Numbered from the whole stretch's first letter, positions 52,093 to 63,731 are shown. The stretch is 63,868 bases of DNA, filler included, from Phoronis australis (GCA_002633005.1; 7 parts of 7 records of this genome joined end to end with filler, not necessarily neighbours in it), one strand, 5' to 3'. Made by a program: numbers and translations. Notes: generated from the letters alone by a model not told the origin.

Positions 52093-53591
52093 CACAATTT
52101 TTCTATTTTTCGAAGGCTCAATTGCATTGCTCTAGACACTAAAACATTACAGAATGTAAAGTCACGATTATATGTTAAAACCATGACAACAGGAATTATT
52201 TTTGTTAAAAAATTGGACAAAAATGGAAATAAAATAAAAGAAAGGACAATCGGGTGTTTGGACAATGTTCACAAATGTGCTGAAAATTTATGGAACATAA
52301 TTGAGTCTCTAATAGGTCTATTTCATGATATGCTTGAAATCCGACGTCAGTGTAGCTCTGTCAGGGTAAAATCGATCCTCCGTGCAGTAAGCAACAACTC
52401 CTGACTTTTCAAAAATTTCGATTTTAACCGCCCATGCTCGGCTTACCGCCCACCCTTTGTTTTTTAAGATTCACAATTTAAGTGCCCTGGGCGGTAACAC
52501 AGATGAGTACGGTACACAATTTTTCTATTTTTCGAAGGCTCAATTGCATTGCTCTGGACACGAAAACATTAATGAATGTAAAGTCACAATTATATGTTAA
52601 AACCATGACAACAGGAACTATTTTTGTTAGGGCTGTTCCAGTAAAATCCAGTGGGGGGGGACGGCAGTAGAAAATAAAAATTCATGGGTGGTGGTCTTCA
52701 GAAAAAAACTCAAATTATGGGTGGTCGGTCCTGTAAGAAGTCATGCTTTAAAAATGGGTGGTATATTTTGACCTGTTATTGTTGACAGGTTGGTTACTTC
52801 AGCGGAACACAGAACACATCTCCAAATAAATCAAAACTCAAAAAAATGCAATTGGCATATATCCTAACTTATCCCAATGCAAAAAAGCCCATATTGCCAG
52901 TGAACAGAGTGCAATATGTTAACTAAGCCATTAATCAAGTCATGGACAACTTGACTTAAGCCAATTGTTTGTCTGCAGTCCTATTGAATTGAAAAGTTAT
53001 GCAACACTAAACTGGTGTTAACACATATAAGAAAATTGATGATTTTTAAATAAAAATAATGAGGAGTAAGATAAACAAGTTCCAATATTCACTTGACATA
53101 GAAGTATAAAAGAGTTCGTGTAGACAGTTTGAGATTCATAGATCCTTATAATTGAAAAAATGTTCATTGAAATTATAGACACATGGTGAACAGACACCTG
53201 GTGGCTGCCAAAAGTATTGCTCACAGGCTACTTTAGTTTTTGACAATATTGGACAAGACAACTAGTTCTTGTCTGTCAATCATCTAAGTTCTTAACAGGT
53301 CCTCCTGGAGACAATTTGTTTGCAAGTGTTGGATTTTATATTTTAACCTATTAAAAATAATTAAAAAATTATGGGTCATGGGTTGGAGAAATAAATGAAA
53401 AATATGGGCAGTGGGTACGAAATAAAAGTGCCTTCCCCTCCCTCCCATACAGATTTTGCTGGAACAGCCCTTAAAAAATTGGACAAAAATGGAAATAAAA
53501 TAAAAGAAAGGACAATCGGTGTTTGCACAGTGTCCACAAATGTGCTAAAATTTATGGAACATAATTGAGACCCTATTAGGTCTGTTTCATG
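51907..53591. repeat. 422-bp tandem duplication whose second copy is split by a MITE
   Basis: 51907-52328 is repeated as 52329-52629 plus 53471-53591. Confidence 0.85.
52630..53470. mobile_element. PIF/Harbinger MITE with TTA TSD
   Basis: TIRs gggctgttccagYaaaatc and gattttgctggaacagccc; TTA at 52627-29 and 53471-73. The empty site tttgttaaaaaattggac is visible in the other duplicate at ~52201. Confidence 0.9.
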
Positions 53592-53776
53592 CAACCAGAC
53601 ACAACTAACTGGTGGACAAAAAGTACAAGTTGTCTCCCTTCAAAACACCCCTCTGGTGAATGAGTAAAAAATGGGCAAAACAGTAGACGCTACTCCCACG
53701 GGTAGGTTCTACAGACAATGTCCCTCCTAAATGTTAGCTGTTGTGGAACACGTCCAGGAGCGGCCCTTAACAGTTC

Positions 53777-53917
53777 TCAATTCTCGCTAATTTCATCAAT
53801 GGGAGTCGAAGATTCTTCCTCCTTAAAGTGCACCAGCATTGCTCCTTTGTTGACCGAGTCACCTTGTTTATACAGGATCTTCTCGACGACTCCAGAGCCT
53901 GGAGCTCTGATCACATA
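53777..53917 (-). CDS. MCCC1: Methylcrotonoyl-CoA carboxylase subunit alpha, terminal exon
   Basis: Acceptor tttcag, then YVIRAPGSGVVEKILYKQGDSVNKGAMLVHFKEEESSTPIDEISEN*; second half of the biotinyl domain. Confidence 0.92.
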   Translation of the reverse strand, partial: YVIRAPGSGVVEKILYKQGDSVNKGAMLVHFKEEESSTPIDEISEN

Positions 53918-53919
53918 CT

Positions 53920-54028
53920 GAAATAACATGGAGTAAGATATTTGAAGATAACACGGAGTAAGATATTTGAAGATTACATAGAGTAAGATATTTGAAGATA
54001 ACATGGACTAAGATATTTGAAGATAACA
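53920..54028. repeat. 25-bp minisatellite x ~4.3 abutting the last MCCC1 acceptor
   Basis: gaagataacaYggagtaagatattt units. Confidence 0.9.
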
Positions 54029-54614
54029 AAAATCATGGTTTAAGAACAATGCTTGTATTCAGAGCTACACTAAACTGTGAGTAAAAAGAACTACTGCCAA
54101 ACAGAAACATTGTTTTATGATCAGCTGGAGATCTAATAAGTTAGTGAACACAATAATAATATTTAAAATGTTAAAATTGACTTCCAATAGAATTTACGCT
54201 TGCCACAGAATGTATCATCTGGTGTCAACCTTCATGATTATAAGTGAACAATGATTACATGGCAATATGAACACCACTGAGTACACCTAGTTCTTTCATT
54301 TGACTGATAATTTAGAAGGACCCTTCCAATAAATCATGTCATTACAAGCACCAATGTATACACTATCATGCAGCCGAGATTTTATAAATTCAGTTCAACA
54401 TGTGAACTAAGAAAAAGCATATTCAGTGGAAATTCATTTTAGATGACAGATAATGCAGGAAAGGTTATCTCTCCTAACAACACGATGCTTTGGGTTACGC
54501 AACATGATTCCTTCGTGTAAGTGGCATTACTCAATGTAGACACACATTTGATTTTCCTCTCAACACATGCATACTCTACTGGTGAAGGCCCAGTCTCTGT
54601 TCACGTGAGCGTAC

Positions 54615-54794
54615 CTCCATTTTCATGGCTATCATCACCAACAGTGGATCACCTTTCTCCACCCATTCCCCCTCCTTCACTTGCAGTTTGTCAATCACCC
54701 CAGGCATTGGTGCCACGGCATCATCACTACCACCCGTTCCTTGGGCTGATGACAGAAACTTTGGAGTTGGAAGACTGACTTTATTGTGTCCTTC
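54615..54794 (-). CDS. MCCC1: MCCC1 exon (biotin-attachment motif)
   Basis: AG/GT, phase 0-0, 180 nt: EGHNKVSLP...AVAPMPGVIDKLQVKEGEWVEKGDPLLVMIAMKME. The IAMKME variant is characteristic of MCCC1. Confidence 0.95.
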
Positions 54795-55994
54795 CTGAAA
54801 TAGACAGAAATTGTAGGTATACTGTAACCTCCGTATATGCCAAAAAGCATAGACTGAGCTCTCATTTGGTATGTTATTGTTTTCTTTTTTCAATCAGGTC
54901 AATGATGTGGAATCTTTTTAGTTGCTCACCTTTTCAAAAAGAAAATCCAACTGAGACAAGTTTTCTTTTCACTAATTGCTAGGTAACTCACGGCCTTTCA
55001 AAGCTTGCTTACCCTTGCTTACATGCGTTTGTGCAGTTTTTCAAAAACACGAGAATGACAGCCATTTTTCAGTTGGCAAGTTCAAGTCTCAAAATGAGTC
55101 GCAGTAAAGACCAGAACCAACTACGCTTTCTTGAGCAACGGTATCTGATCCCTATGGTTTTTTCAATTTAGAAACTTAATATGGTGGAAAAGTGAAATAG
55201 CATTCATCAAAATTTTAAACAAATAAAGTAAACACTCGTTCTTTGCACAGTTTATGTTGCACACCTAATCATCAACAAAACACACGGAGAAATTTGAGCA
55301 TTTTTAACACTACAATGAGCTTTTGAAAAATGACATTTTTGCAACTTTTTCCTTCAAATTTGAGAAAATTTTACTGTTAGTAATACCAGGGACATATTTG
55401 AATACGCAAGCCAATTAGTTAAATAACCCAGTTACACAAACACTAGTTAACGTATGGTTAACAAGATAAGAAAACAAATTTGAAACCAATCTTTGGAAGT
55501 GCTCTTTAAACTTCAACGACAAAAAGTAATCAAAAATTGCAGGAAGCTTTCTGCCATGTATTGATAAAAACAGTAAAATGACACTTTCAAATCAGTTTTA
55601 CAACCTCAAATCACACTTTTGGGTTTATTGTTGGACGAAAACAACTTGTGGAGTTATTAGCTTTGGCCAGAGCTACAAAACAAAAAATCCGTTGTCTGAA
55701 AGACAAGCGCTGAAACCAAAGCCGGTGTGTTTCCCATTTAAATATGCTTAACACTCTACGCTTTAAAGCATAAGATTTGGCTCAGCGGCATAGTGTTCGC
55801 GTGCTGTTGCAGAGCTAGTATCTTTGATTCCGCACTTCTACTAATAATTTCTCTTAAAAAATTTTTTGTCACCGAGAATGCCTCTTCAAAATCACATAAT
55901 TTATATGTAAGAAAATATCACATGTTGATAATTCGTAACAAGTACACAGCCCTATTGATACTTTCTCTAAAAACTTCCAGTGCATTGTACCTAC

Positions 55995-56182
55995 CAAAGA
56001 AAACACATGCACAGTGTCACCCTGGACAACAATGTCTGCCTTAGAGCACACTCCATTAATGCTAGTCTGTAGCTCTGTTTTGTTCCCATTACTGCCGATT
56101 GAGCCTGACACATCGTATTTCTGTCCATCTATTTCGATGATATAGGAATTCCCATTGATATAAGTTGCTTCAATGTTGATTT
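55995..56182 (-). CDS. MCCC1: MCCC1 exon (BT domain)
   Basis: AG/GT, phase 1-0, 188 nt: (K)INIEATYINGNSYIIEIDGQKYDVSG...INGVCSKADIVVQGDTVHVFSL. Confidence 0.88.
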
Positions 56183-56580
56183 CTGGAATATTTTAAAAGC
56201 ATTGCAAATGGGATATTATGTACACTGTACTACACGAAGAAAATTGATCAAACACTATCTAATGATACTCCAGTTAACAACAGATAACAAATTAACTTTA
56301 TCACTTATAACTGTATTGAAATAACAACTTTCCAGAGCAAGAGCATTGACAACTACCCACAATGCCTGCAGCAAACAACACTTAAGATGCTGGGCAATTT
56401 CACTCAATAATCGTGTCTATGACTCGTGCTTTGCAGCTGTGGGGGAGAGATTACAAATGCAAAATGAGAAAATGTGAAAAGTGTCACATTGTGTGAATCG
56501 TATACATATTACAGGGCTGTAGTTACTGAAAACAGAGAAAAGCATGTCAGCACATAACGTTGAAATACATGCATACTAAC

Positions 56581-56667
56581 TTCTGTCTCCGTCTTCCAGA
56601 TGAATTGTTCTCGCAAGATTTTGATTCACACGCATTCCAGTGGCATATGCAAAAGGAGAAAATGGAT
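56581..56667 (-). CDS. MCCC1: MCCC1 exon
   Basis: AG/GT, phase 1-1, 87 nt: (D)PFSPFAYATGMRVNQNLARTIHLEDGDR. Confidence 0.9.
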
Positions 56668-56992
56668 CTGAAATAAATTTAAATTATATAACAGTCTGTA
56701 AAATTTTGATGAAAGTTTAACCAATGATCGATCCTGAATTGGTGATTGAATCTAAACCTTTATTGAATCCCTTCTGAGTAAAACAACTGTACAATATTAA
56801 CTTTCATCACAAACAAAAACTTCACAAGAAAATGTTGACGCTGTTGATGAATTACTTGTAATTAAACTAACAGGAAAACACCAAGGACTTCAGATCAAAG
56901 TTACAAAAAATAAACAAATCCTTACGCAGATTGTGGAAATAAGCTCAAACATTTGCAGAGAATGTTTTATACCCACATGCAAAGAAGCTAAC

Positions 56993-57206
56993 CTGAAGAA
57001 TCGAAATTTGACATGTACGTATTATGCTGTTCCGTCAATAGGAATGCAAGAGCCGCCTGACACAAGGACGTATGTGAGAGGCTCCTTTGGGGGAACAAGC
57101 TGTGGTAATGTTGAGGGATAAAGTCAGTATGCACATGGCCAGCCTCAAACTCATTGTGTTGTGCTAGGTCCATAAGGAATTTAACATTGGTGCTTAAGCC
57201 TACAAT
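56993..57206 (-). CDS. MCCC1: MCCC1 exon (end of biotin carboxylase domain)
   Basis: AG/GT, phase 0-1, 214 nt: IVGLSTNVKFLMDLAQHNEFEAGHVHTDFIPQHYHSLFP...CQAALAFLLTE. Confidence 0.93.
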
Positions 57207-58196
57207 CTGAAAAAAAAACAACAAAAAATAACCCTTATGTTCAAACATTTCTCCACTGAAATTCAAACAAGAAATTTCAACCAAAAATGTGTCTGACATA
57301 CATGCCAACCCATTACCTGCTCAGTGGGATAGTTTGAACAATACCGTTTCAAAACTTTAGAAATAAAATTAAAGTGACATCAAAATCAAGCATTTTAAAA
57401 GAATAAAACGAACTTAGAAGTGCTTTTGATAAAATCCACAGGATGTTTTGCTAAAACACTTTATGAGGCGTGAACTCAGAATTACAGATAATCTGTTTGA
57501 GTTGGCATGTATGGCCGACCTCTTTCAGAGTTGCCATATCAAGAACTAAACATTGTGCTATGCCACAAGGAAGCAGTTTAAAAACACACGAAACAAGGAG
57601 AATGAGGTGAAAAGAGCAAAAAGGAACAAATTTAAGGCACACGCAGCACAATTTTACACATTTAAGGAATGCACGAGTCATGTAAAAAGAGTACACTTTC
57701 AGTCTCTAGGTAAGACTGAGAAAACTCATTCGAAATAACCCTAAGCAAACCCTAAAAGAGGAAAAAGCTTAGGTGTTCATAAATTGACAGTGAAATTAAA
57801 TAAATTATTAAATGTTTTATCTTTATTTAAAAGTATAGCATACTCAATCTTATTTTCGTGATTTCAATCATGGCTGGTTCTGTCATCTAATTAACTTCTA
57901 CCTTAAAAGCATTCGTCAGCTCAGACACTCTTGTTGTGTAACAAAGTGGATGAAAGTGACCAGTTTTCTCTACGGGCGTCGATTAACTTGACGTCCACAG
58001 ATTTAGTCACCCTTGGTTGTTTTGTTAGCAGGTTTTGAGCATGAGAGCTTTCAAACGTGCTCCAAAGTTTTGAGGCTTGGCGAGCATTATAAATAAATTC
58101 ATAAAAGAGGTTACAATATAATATTCCATAGGATCTGGTTACCCTTAACAGTTAATATATATTAGACAGTCTGGTCTCTACAGAAGAACCACCCAC

Positions 58197-58306
58197 CTGG
58201 TAATCCCTGAGAGCAGATACTGTACGTCTGAGTGCAGAATTCCTGTCCTCGGCCCACACTACTAATTTGGCAATCATTGGATCATAGTGAACGGACACTT
58301 CGTCAC
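58197..58306 (-). CDS. MCCC1: MCCC1 exon (biotin carboxylase C-terminal domain)
   Basis: AG/GT, phase 1-0, 110 nt: (G)[36 protein letters not shown]. Confidence 0.95.
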
Positions 58307-59031
58307 CTGTGAATGTAGACAGAATATCATTCATAACTAGACCATGAAAGACTACAGCATGCGCTAAATGTGCTAAGACAAAATGATCTATAATTTCCGA
58401 TCATGATGGCAAGACAGAAGCCCAATGCATCATCAGGGTAGTCTTCTATGATGACTGAGAATGAAGGGGATTTACAAGATTTTGCTGCCCTAATAATTAT
58501 TACCAATCATTTTTGCTGTTAATGGAATTAAACGTCATGACAGAGAAATGACTATTGCTGTTGCCATGTACGGTAATATTAACCAAACATCCTGCAACTT
58601 ATTTCTAATCAAGATGTTTGTGAAGTCAGTTACGAATGTTTTGATTTTCATGTTTTGCATCACATAACATGAAAGTTAAAATTATTAAAGTTAGGTGATC
58701 AAATAATAGTTAAAATTTGAGTACGATAAAGACAAAATTGATACGAGTTCTTGCACAACCTGCAGCAATACTCGTTTTCAGGGGTCCCAGAAATTGAGAA
58801 CCTGTTAATTAGCAGAGAAAACTGGTTCTCAAACTGTGGGACTCTGAAAGTGGCTATTACCACCATTCTAAATGCAATACAAGAGTCAAGAGGTGAATGG
58901 CTCATTACCTACTGTAACGGTATTCAAGCATTCTTGTTAATCTAGTCATCCTACTATCCAGGCTTCATTGAATCATTTCATGATGACAATAATCTGTAGA
59001 CAATCCAAAATAAAGTGGACAGTAATTTCAC

Positions 59032-59215
59032 CTTCTCTGACTCCTGTTTCAATCCTTATATTGGCGCTTGGCTGTGGTGTAGACAGGTGATGTAAATGGC
59101 CCGCCCCAGGCATGAAGTTATGGTCAGGGTCCTCAGCGTAGATCCTCGCTTCAAACGCATGGCCTTTCAGTTTGATATCATCTTGTAATAGTGGAAGACG
59201 TTCCCCAGAGGCAAC
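59032..59215 (-). CDS. MCCC1: MCCC1 exon (biotin carboxylase domain)
   Basis: AG/GT, phase 0-1, 184 nt: [39 protein letters not shown]...IRIETGVRE. Confidence 0.95.
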
Positions 59216-59817
59216 CTATGGTAAGAAAGGCCAACGAATAAGAAGATAATACCACTGTTAAAGCTGTATATAGAGATAATTAGATGGCAAAAATTGCCAA
59301 GAGAACTTCAAAGAATAAATTAAGTTTGCAGCAGCAAACATAGCTGGAGAGGCAGTCCATGAACTCCACTCACTTCATAACGTAACTGTATAAGACTAGG
59401 AACATTCTAATGACATATTAAAAAGCCTTGGCACGCTACCAGAATAAATGAAATAATTCTAACCACTCCCTCCTCCCCCTCCTCTCTCTACTCTGCTCTC
59501 TCTCCCTGTCTCTCTATTCTGCTAAATGGATGTTAATCAAACTACTTAAATTGATAAACTGGGATCTGTCTGTCGAGTCGACATTGGCGTTCAGACATAA
59601 ATACATGGAAATATAAAACGCTGCAATGCACCACCTCAATACAAAATATTAGAAAAAAGTACTGTGTAGCAGAATTCTCATAACAGTATGTACTGTGGGT
59701 TGATGACCTTGAGTATGAACAAACAATTCCATTCAGGTCTCTGGTTCTACATTACAAGACTAAGACTGCGAGATTACATAACGAATCCTTTAATTCATTC
59801 AAAGTGCTTTCAATCAC

Positions 59818-59985
59818 CTTCAGCTGCCACTCGACCAGATCCTGTCCTGTAATCATCTCTGTGACTGGGTGCTCCACCTGCAGTCGTGTGTTCATCTCCA
59901 TGAAGTAGAATTTCTGTTCTCTGTCCATGATGAACTCCACGGTGCCAGCACCGACATAGTTCACCGCGCGAGCAGCTTGGGTGGC
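59818..59985 (-). CDS. MCCC1: MCCC1 exon (ATP-grasp), 5' part lost in the assembly spacer
   Basis: [56 protein letters not shown] then donor gt; biotin carboxylase signature [14 protein letters not shown]. Confidence 0.95.
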
Positions 59986-60085
59986 NNNNNNNNNNNNNNN
60001 NNNNNNNNNNNNNNNNNNNNNNNNNNNNNTTAATTAATTAANNNNNNNNNNNNNNNNNNNNNNNNNNNNNNNNNNNNNNNNNNNN
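59986..60085. other. Assembly spacer
   Basis: N44-TTAATTAATTAA-N44. Confidence 0.99.
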
Positions 60086-60091
60086 ATCCTT

Positions 60092-60717
60092 TGTTAATCT
60101 CGACCGTACGTTAACAGGCCTACTCAAACAAAAAGTCCGGCGTAGTGTTTGTTCTTTGCTCCAGCCAGTGCTGCGAAGCCTTGACCTGTGATGAACTTTT
60201 GAGACACGTTCAGCAACTGGTACATGCCTTTATTCAATAACCTGCTGTCGCTATAGCTGGCTCTCTATTGAATCTCGCTGTAACTGCTGCTTCTTTTCAC
60301 TTCAACTCAACTGTAATTCTCCTGTCTAATTAACTTCTACATATCTGACTCACAGGTCTGTGCCTGTGTACTTGTAGACTAATGTATTGTTCTAGAACTT
60401 TTCTTCAATTCAAGCACATGCCAGAGCTTTGGAGAAAATACCCAATCAATCTACAAACATGTACAGGTCTCTAGGCTATTCCGAACTGCATTGATCACTG
60501 TCATGCTAGAGTCTTCTAGAAATGTTCTCAGTACACTGTAGTAAACAAATGACATCATCATTGTACTGATCGTAGTCTTCTAGAAAGTTCCATACTATTC
60601 AGTAGTGAACAAATTACATCATCATTGTACTGTAACTAAATCAGGGGTCATGCCAATCAAACAGAACCACAAAACAAAACAATACAACTAAAAACATTGT
60701 CACTCTATATTCTGACA
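60092..60717 (-). mobile_element. LTR-like segment (possible solo or partial LTR)
   Basis: Ends tgttaat... and ...tctgaca, so TG...CA on either strand. Repeated ttctaga(a) words, an internal direct repeat (aacaaatKacatcatcattgtactg x2) and a minus-strand AATAAA near 60230. No TSD, PBS or PPT seen. Confidence 0.35.
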
Positions 60718-61113
60718 GCAGGCAGCCAACAGTTTGGGCCAATTGGAACTTGGGTCACCAAGCTTTGAACGCGGTATTTTCTCCCCTTATTTTTCATTTT
60801 GTTGTCTATGTGTGGCGTCAACAGCATATTTGTTGCTTATATTAACATCCAATAGTGATGGATGTTCTTAATTTCTTGAATCATTAACTTCATAAGAACA
60901 AAACCTGGGTCTTAACTGGTAGAAGAGACAATGCCTAATCGGTCCGTCGGTCATCACCTTTAATTTGACGGAACTTGATCCTAAAACTGTAGATACAACA
61001 CCGGGTGTCAATCTCGGATATATGTCCTGCTTGGCACCAAATCAAGGCATATCATGGCCTACCAACTTAATACACGTACTTGTGCACCTTTGATACCGCT
61101 AACTCAGAGCCAG

Positions 61114-61305
61114 AACTTCCTCAAAATGGCGGCTCTTTAGTGAGAGAAACTCGAGAGAACCGCGAGGTTTTCATGAATATGCTCAAGTTACTTGGACTTT
61201 TTGTTCGTCAACAGGCGTGATTTCACGTAACTTCCTCAAAATGGCGGCTCTTTAGTGAGAGAAACTCAAGAGAACCGCGAGGTTTTCATGAATATGCTCA
61301 AGTTA
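61114..61305. repeat. 77-bp direct repeat x2 containing a YY1-like motif (AAAATGGCGG)
   Basis: aacttcctcaaaatggcggctctttagtgagagaaactc...gctcaagtta at 61114 and 61229. Confidence 0.85.
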
Positions 61306-61681
61306 TTTGTAGACTAAATTGTGTCCAGAGTCAGGGTATGTGTTAATTATAACTTCATGTGCACATATGCATGTTTCATTTTGGTTTTATTTGCTGTATT
61401 TTGAAGTGAATATCTTTTTATGGGATACACTATCGCCCCTGTATGCCTGCGCCATTCAGGCCTAGAGCGGGTTAAGTTCCAATTTCAGTCCGTTCACAGC
61501 TTCGCACAACATAAAAGGTCACATTTTCTTCGTCTATTCACAGTTATTCCACGACCCATCTACCATATCTTAAGTTGTTTTAACGTTTTAAGCGTAAAAT
61601 TCACCATAAGACTCCAGTAAGTTTTAGCGTGTGTAGCAAAGACTCGGGGCAAAACAAGAGCAATATGGCGGGTTTTGCCCC

Positions 61682-61803
61682 CTTTCCGGTGACGTCACAG
61701 TGACTAGCGAGAAACTCGCAAGTGAGCTATTTATTTTCATATTCGCCCTAATACTTTCCGGTGACGTCACAGTGACTAGCGAGAAACTCGCAAGTGAGCT
61801 ATT
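61682..61803. repeat. 50-bp direct repeat x2 containing overlapping ETS (TTCCGG) and CRE (TGACGTCA) motifs
   Basis: ctttccggtgacgtcacagtgactagcgagaaactcgcaagtgagctatt at 61682 and 61754. Confidence 0.85.
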
Positions 61804-62316
61804 GTCTTCATACTCAATTCGGTAAACAATTCCACTTTGTTGTACAATAGTCTGTCTTTGGCTTGCACCATCAGGTAGGCTATTTTCTAACTGTAGTTTT
61901 TTATGTTGTTGTCTAGTTCATGTCTCCTCCTGTGGTTACTGGCGAAGTAATGGCGCTTCAGTACTGAAACCCACACCTACGATGTACTTAACATTGTCTT
62001 CCTGGTACTAGGCTAATGTACACCTGTTACTTGGATTCACAACCAGTTATTTGCACAGCACACCACTTAGTGATCAAGTAAATAATGAATGTGGACCATA
62101 GTTGTCATCTAACAAGCAGTAGGCGCTTTGGCTATTGGTGAAAGATACACCGATTCCAGACTGAGTTAATTGATTGCCACCTAACAGCTATTCGCCACTG
62201 AGACTCAAATTTTTACCGCTTTTGTGGACTTGCGAAAACACTGATTGACCTTTCTAATCCCATTTCTAAAACCTGGTCTATCAATTGTACCAACCTCTAG
62301 CCTATTTACATTGGCA

Positions 62317-62356
62317 CGACGTTTCGGTCGGTCGTTCCTCCGGCCATCTTCATGAA
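62317..62356 (-). ncRNA. Degenerate Penelope-type hammerhead-ribozyme-like motif
   Basis: Minus strand catgaaga-tggccggaggaacgaccgacc-gaaacgtcg resembles CTGANGA-stem II-GAAAC. Core C3 is altered and stems I/III are not evident. Confidence 0.3.
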
Positions 62357-62750
62357 ACTTTGTCATTAAGAGTCATCACGCTTGGAACTGTCACCGTTAA
62401 GTCATTTCCATTGTAACAGTTTATTTTTTTTGTAAAAAGACTGTGACGCGATGGTCTTAGGCTCCGACGTGACCGCAGTCGTGATTTGCGAGAGGACAAA
62501 CTGCGCAGGCCCAAACTGAAACAAAGTCTGAATTATGTCATTACTTGGTCAGCATTGCCGGGCTAAACTAACACAATACACTTGCTCAAACTGTTACCAT
62601 TTTTGCACGCCAGATCAAATTGTCACAGAGGCCCAAATTGTCACAGCTTGAAGTTGTGGTATCTGGGGAAAAGCTTTAGCCTGGTAGATTATTTCACTGA
62701 AAAGGGCGGTACTCAACATAACGCACCATGACTCCGTTCCGCTACTACAA

Positions 62751-62850
62751 NNNNNNNNNNNNNNNNNNNNNNNNNNNNNNNNNNNNNNNNNNNNTTAATT
62801 AATTAANNNNNNNNNNNNNNNNNNNNNNNNNNNNNNNNNNNNNNNNNNNN
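62751..62850. other. Assembly spacer
   Basis: N44-TTAATTAATTAA-N44. Confidence 0.99.
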
Positions 62851-63731
62851 CATAACATGTTACGAACATGAAGTGCATAGTCAACGTATACACTGAACAA
62901 GCTGCAGATAGGACGAGAAGACATGATGTTTACATTGGACGTCACTCACTGGTTATTGATCTGGTTTTAAAAGAAGACTTTTCAAGTGCATCACCACATT
63001 TCCACACTTATACAACACTGTGGTTGTCAGGTCATTAAACTCAAGATTGCTAGTCCTCCTCCAACTTAATGCACACTAGTGTTCTCAACAAGGATGTTCT
63101 TTTCTCATTAAAGCAACCCATTCTTATGCACTGTGGTATCAACCACAATCGAGTTCTTACTAACTGTGTTCTTTTTCAAGCACATTTTGGTTTCTTTCTC
63201 TCAAACAATCATAGTTTTGTGGAACTTCATGTTGACTCAGTCCATGGTTAGAGGACATTTTCTTAGTGAATTTAAACATGATTGATGCAAATAAAATTTA
63301 GGAAGACCTAATCAGAACAAATTTTCTTAGAAATTCTACAGCTTATAGTTTTAAAAACCTATCAGGAGTAGGAAGTTGGCATGGGTTGTGTGAGACTTCA
63401 CTTGAGACCACAAAATGGCGGAAGAGGACACATAGTACTGACGGTCAGGAACACTAAACCAGTACCGTATCAAACGTTCGTCATTAGTATCTCAAATAAG
63501 AGCCACCAAAAAGTAACATGGCGTGCTGTGTTTTGTTCCATTAAATGGAATGACAGCCATTTTGACTCTATGTTCTGCATGCTGAGGTAGATCAGAAAAG
63601 ACGTCTCTTCATACACAAGGACTTGTTAGTATGGTATGCTCTAAGTAGCACATGAGAGTTATTAACAACCACAGCAGAACAACAGTACTGCAGCTCGTAA
63701 GAAAGGAATTGGAATATTGAGAGCAGGACAT

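Noticed and set aside
53777-59985. Alternative identity as propionyl-CoA carboxylase alpha, pyruvate carboxylase or a bacterial AccC
   Set aside because: [32 protein letters not shown] and the C-terminal FxEEES fit MCCC1; spliceosomal introns exclude bacterial contamination.
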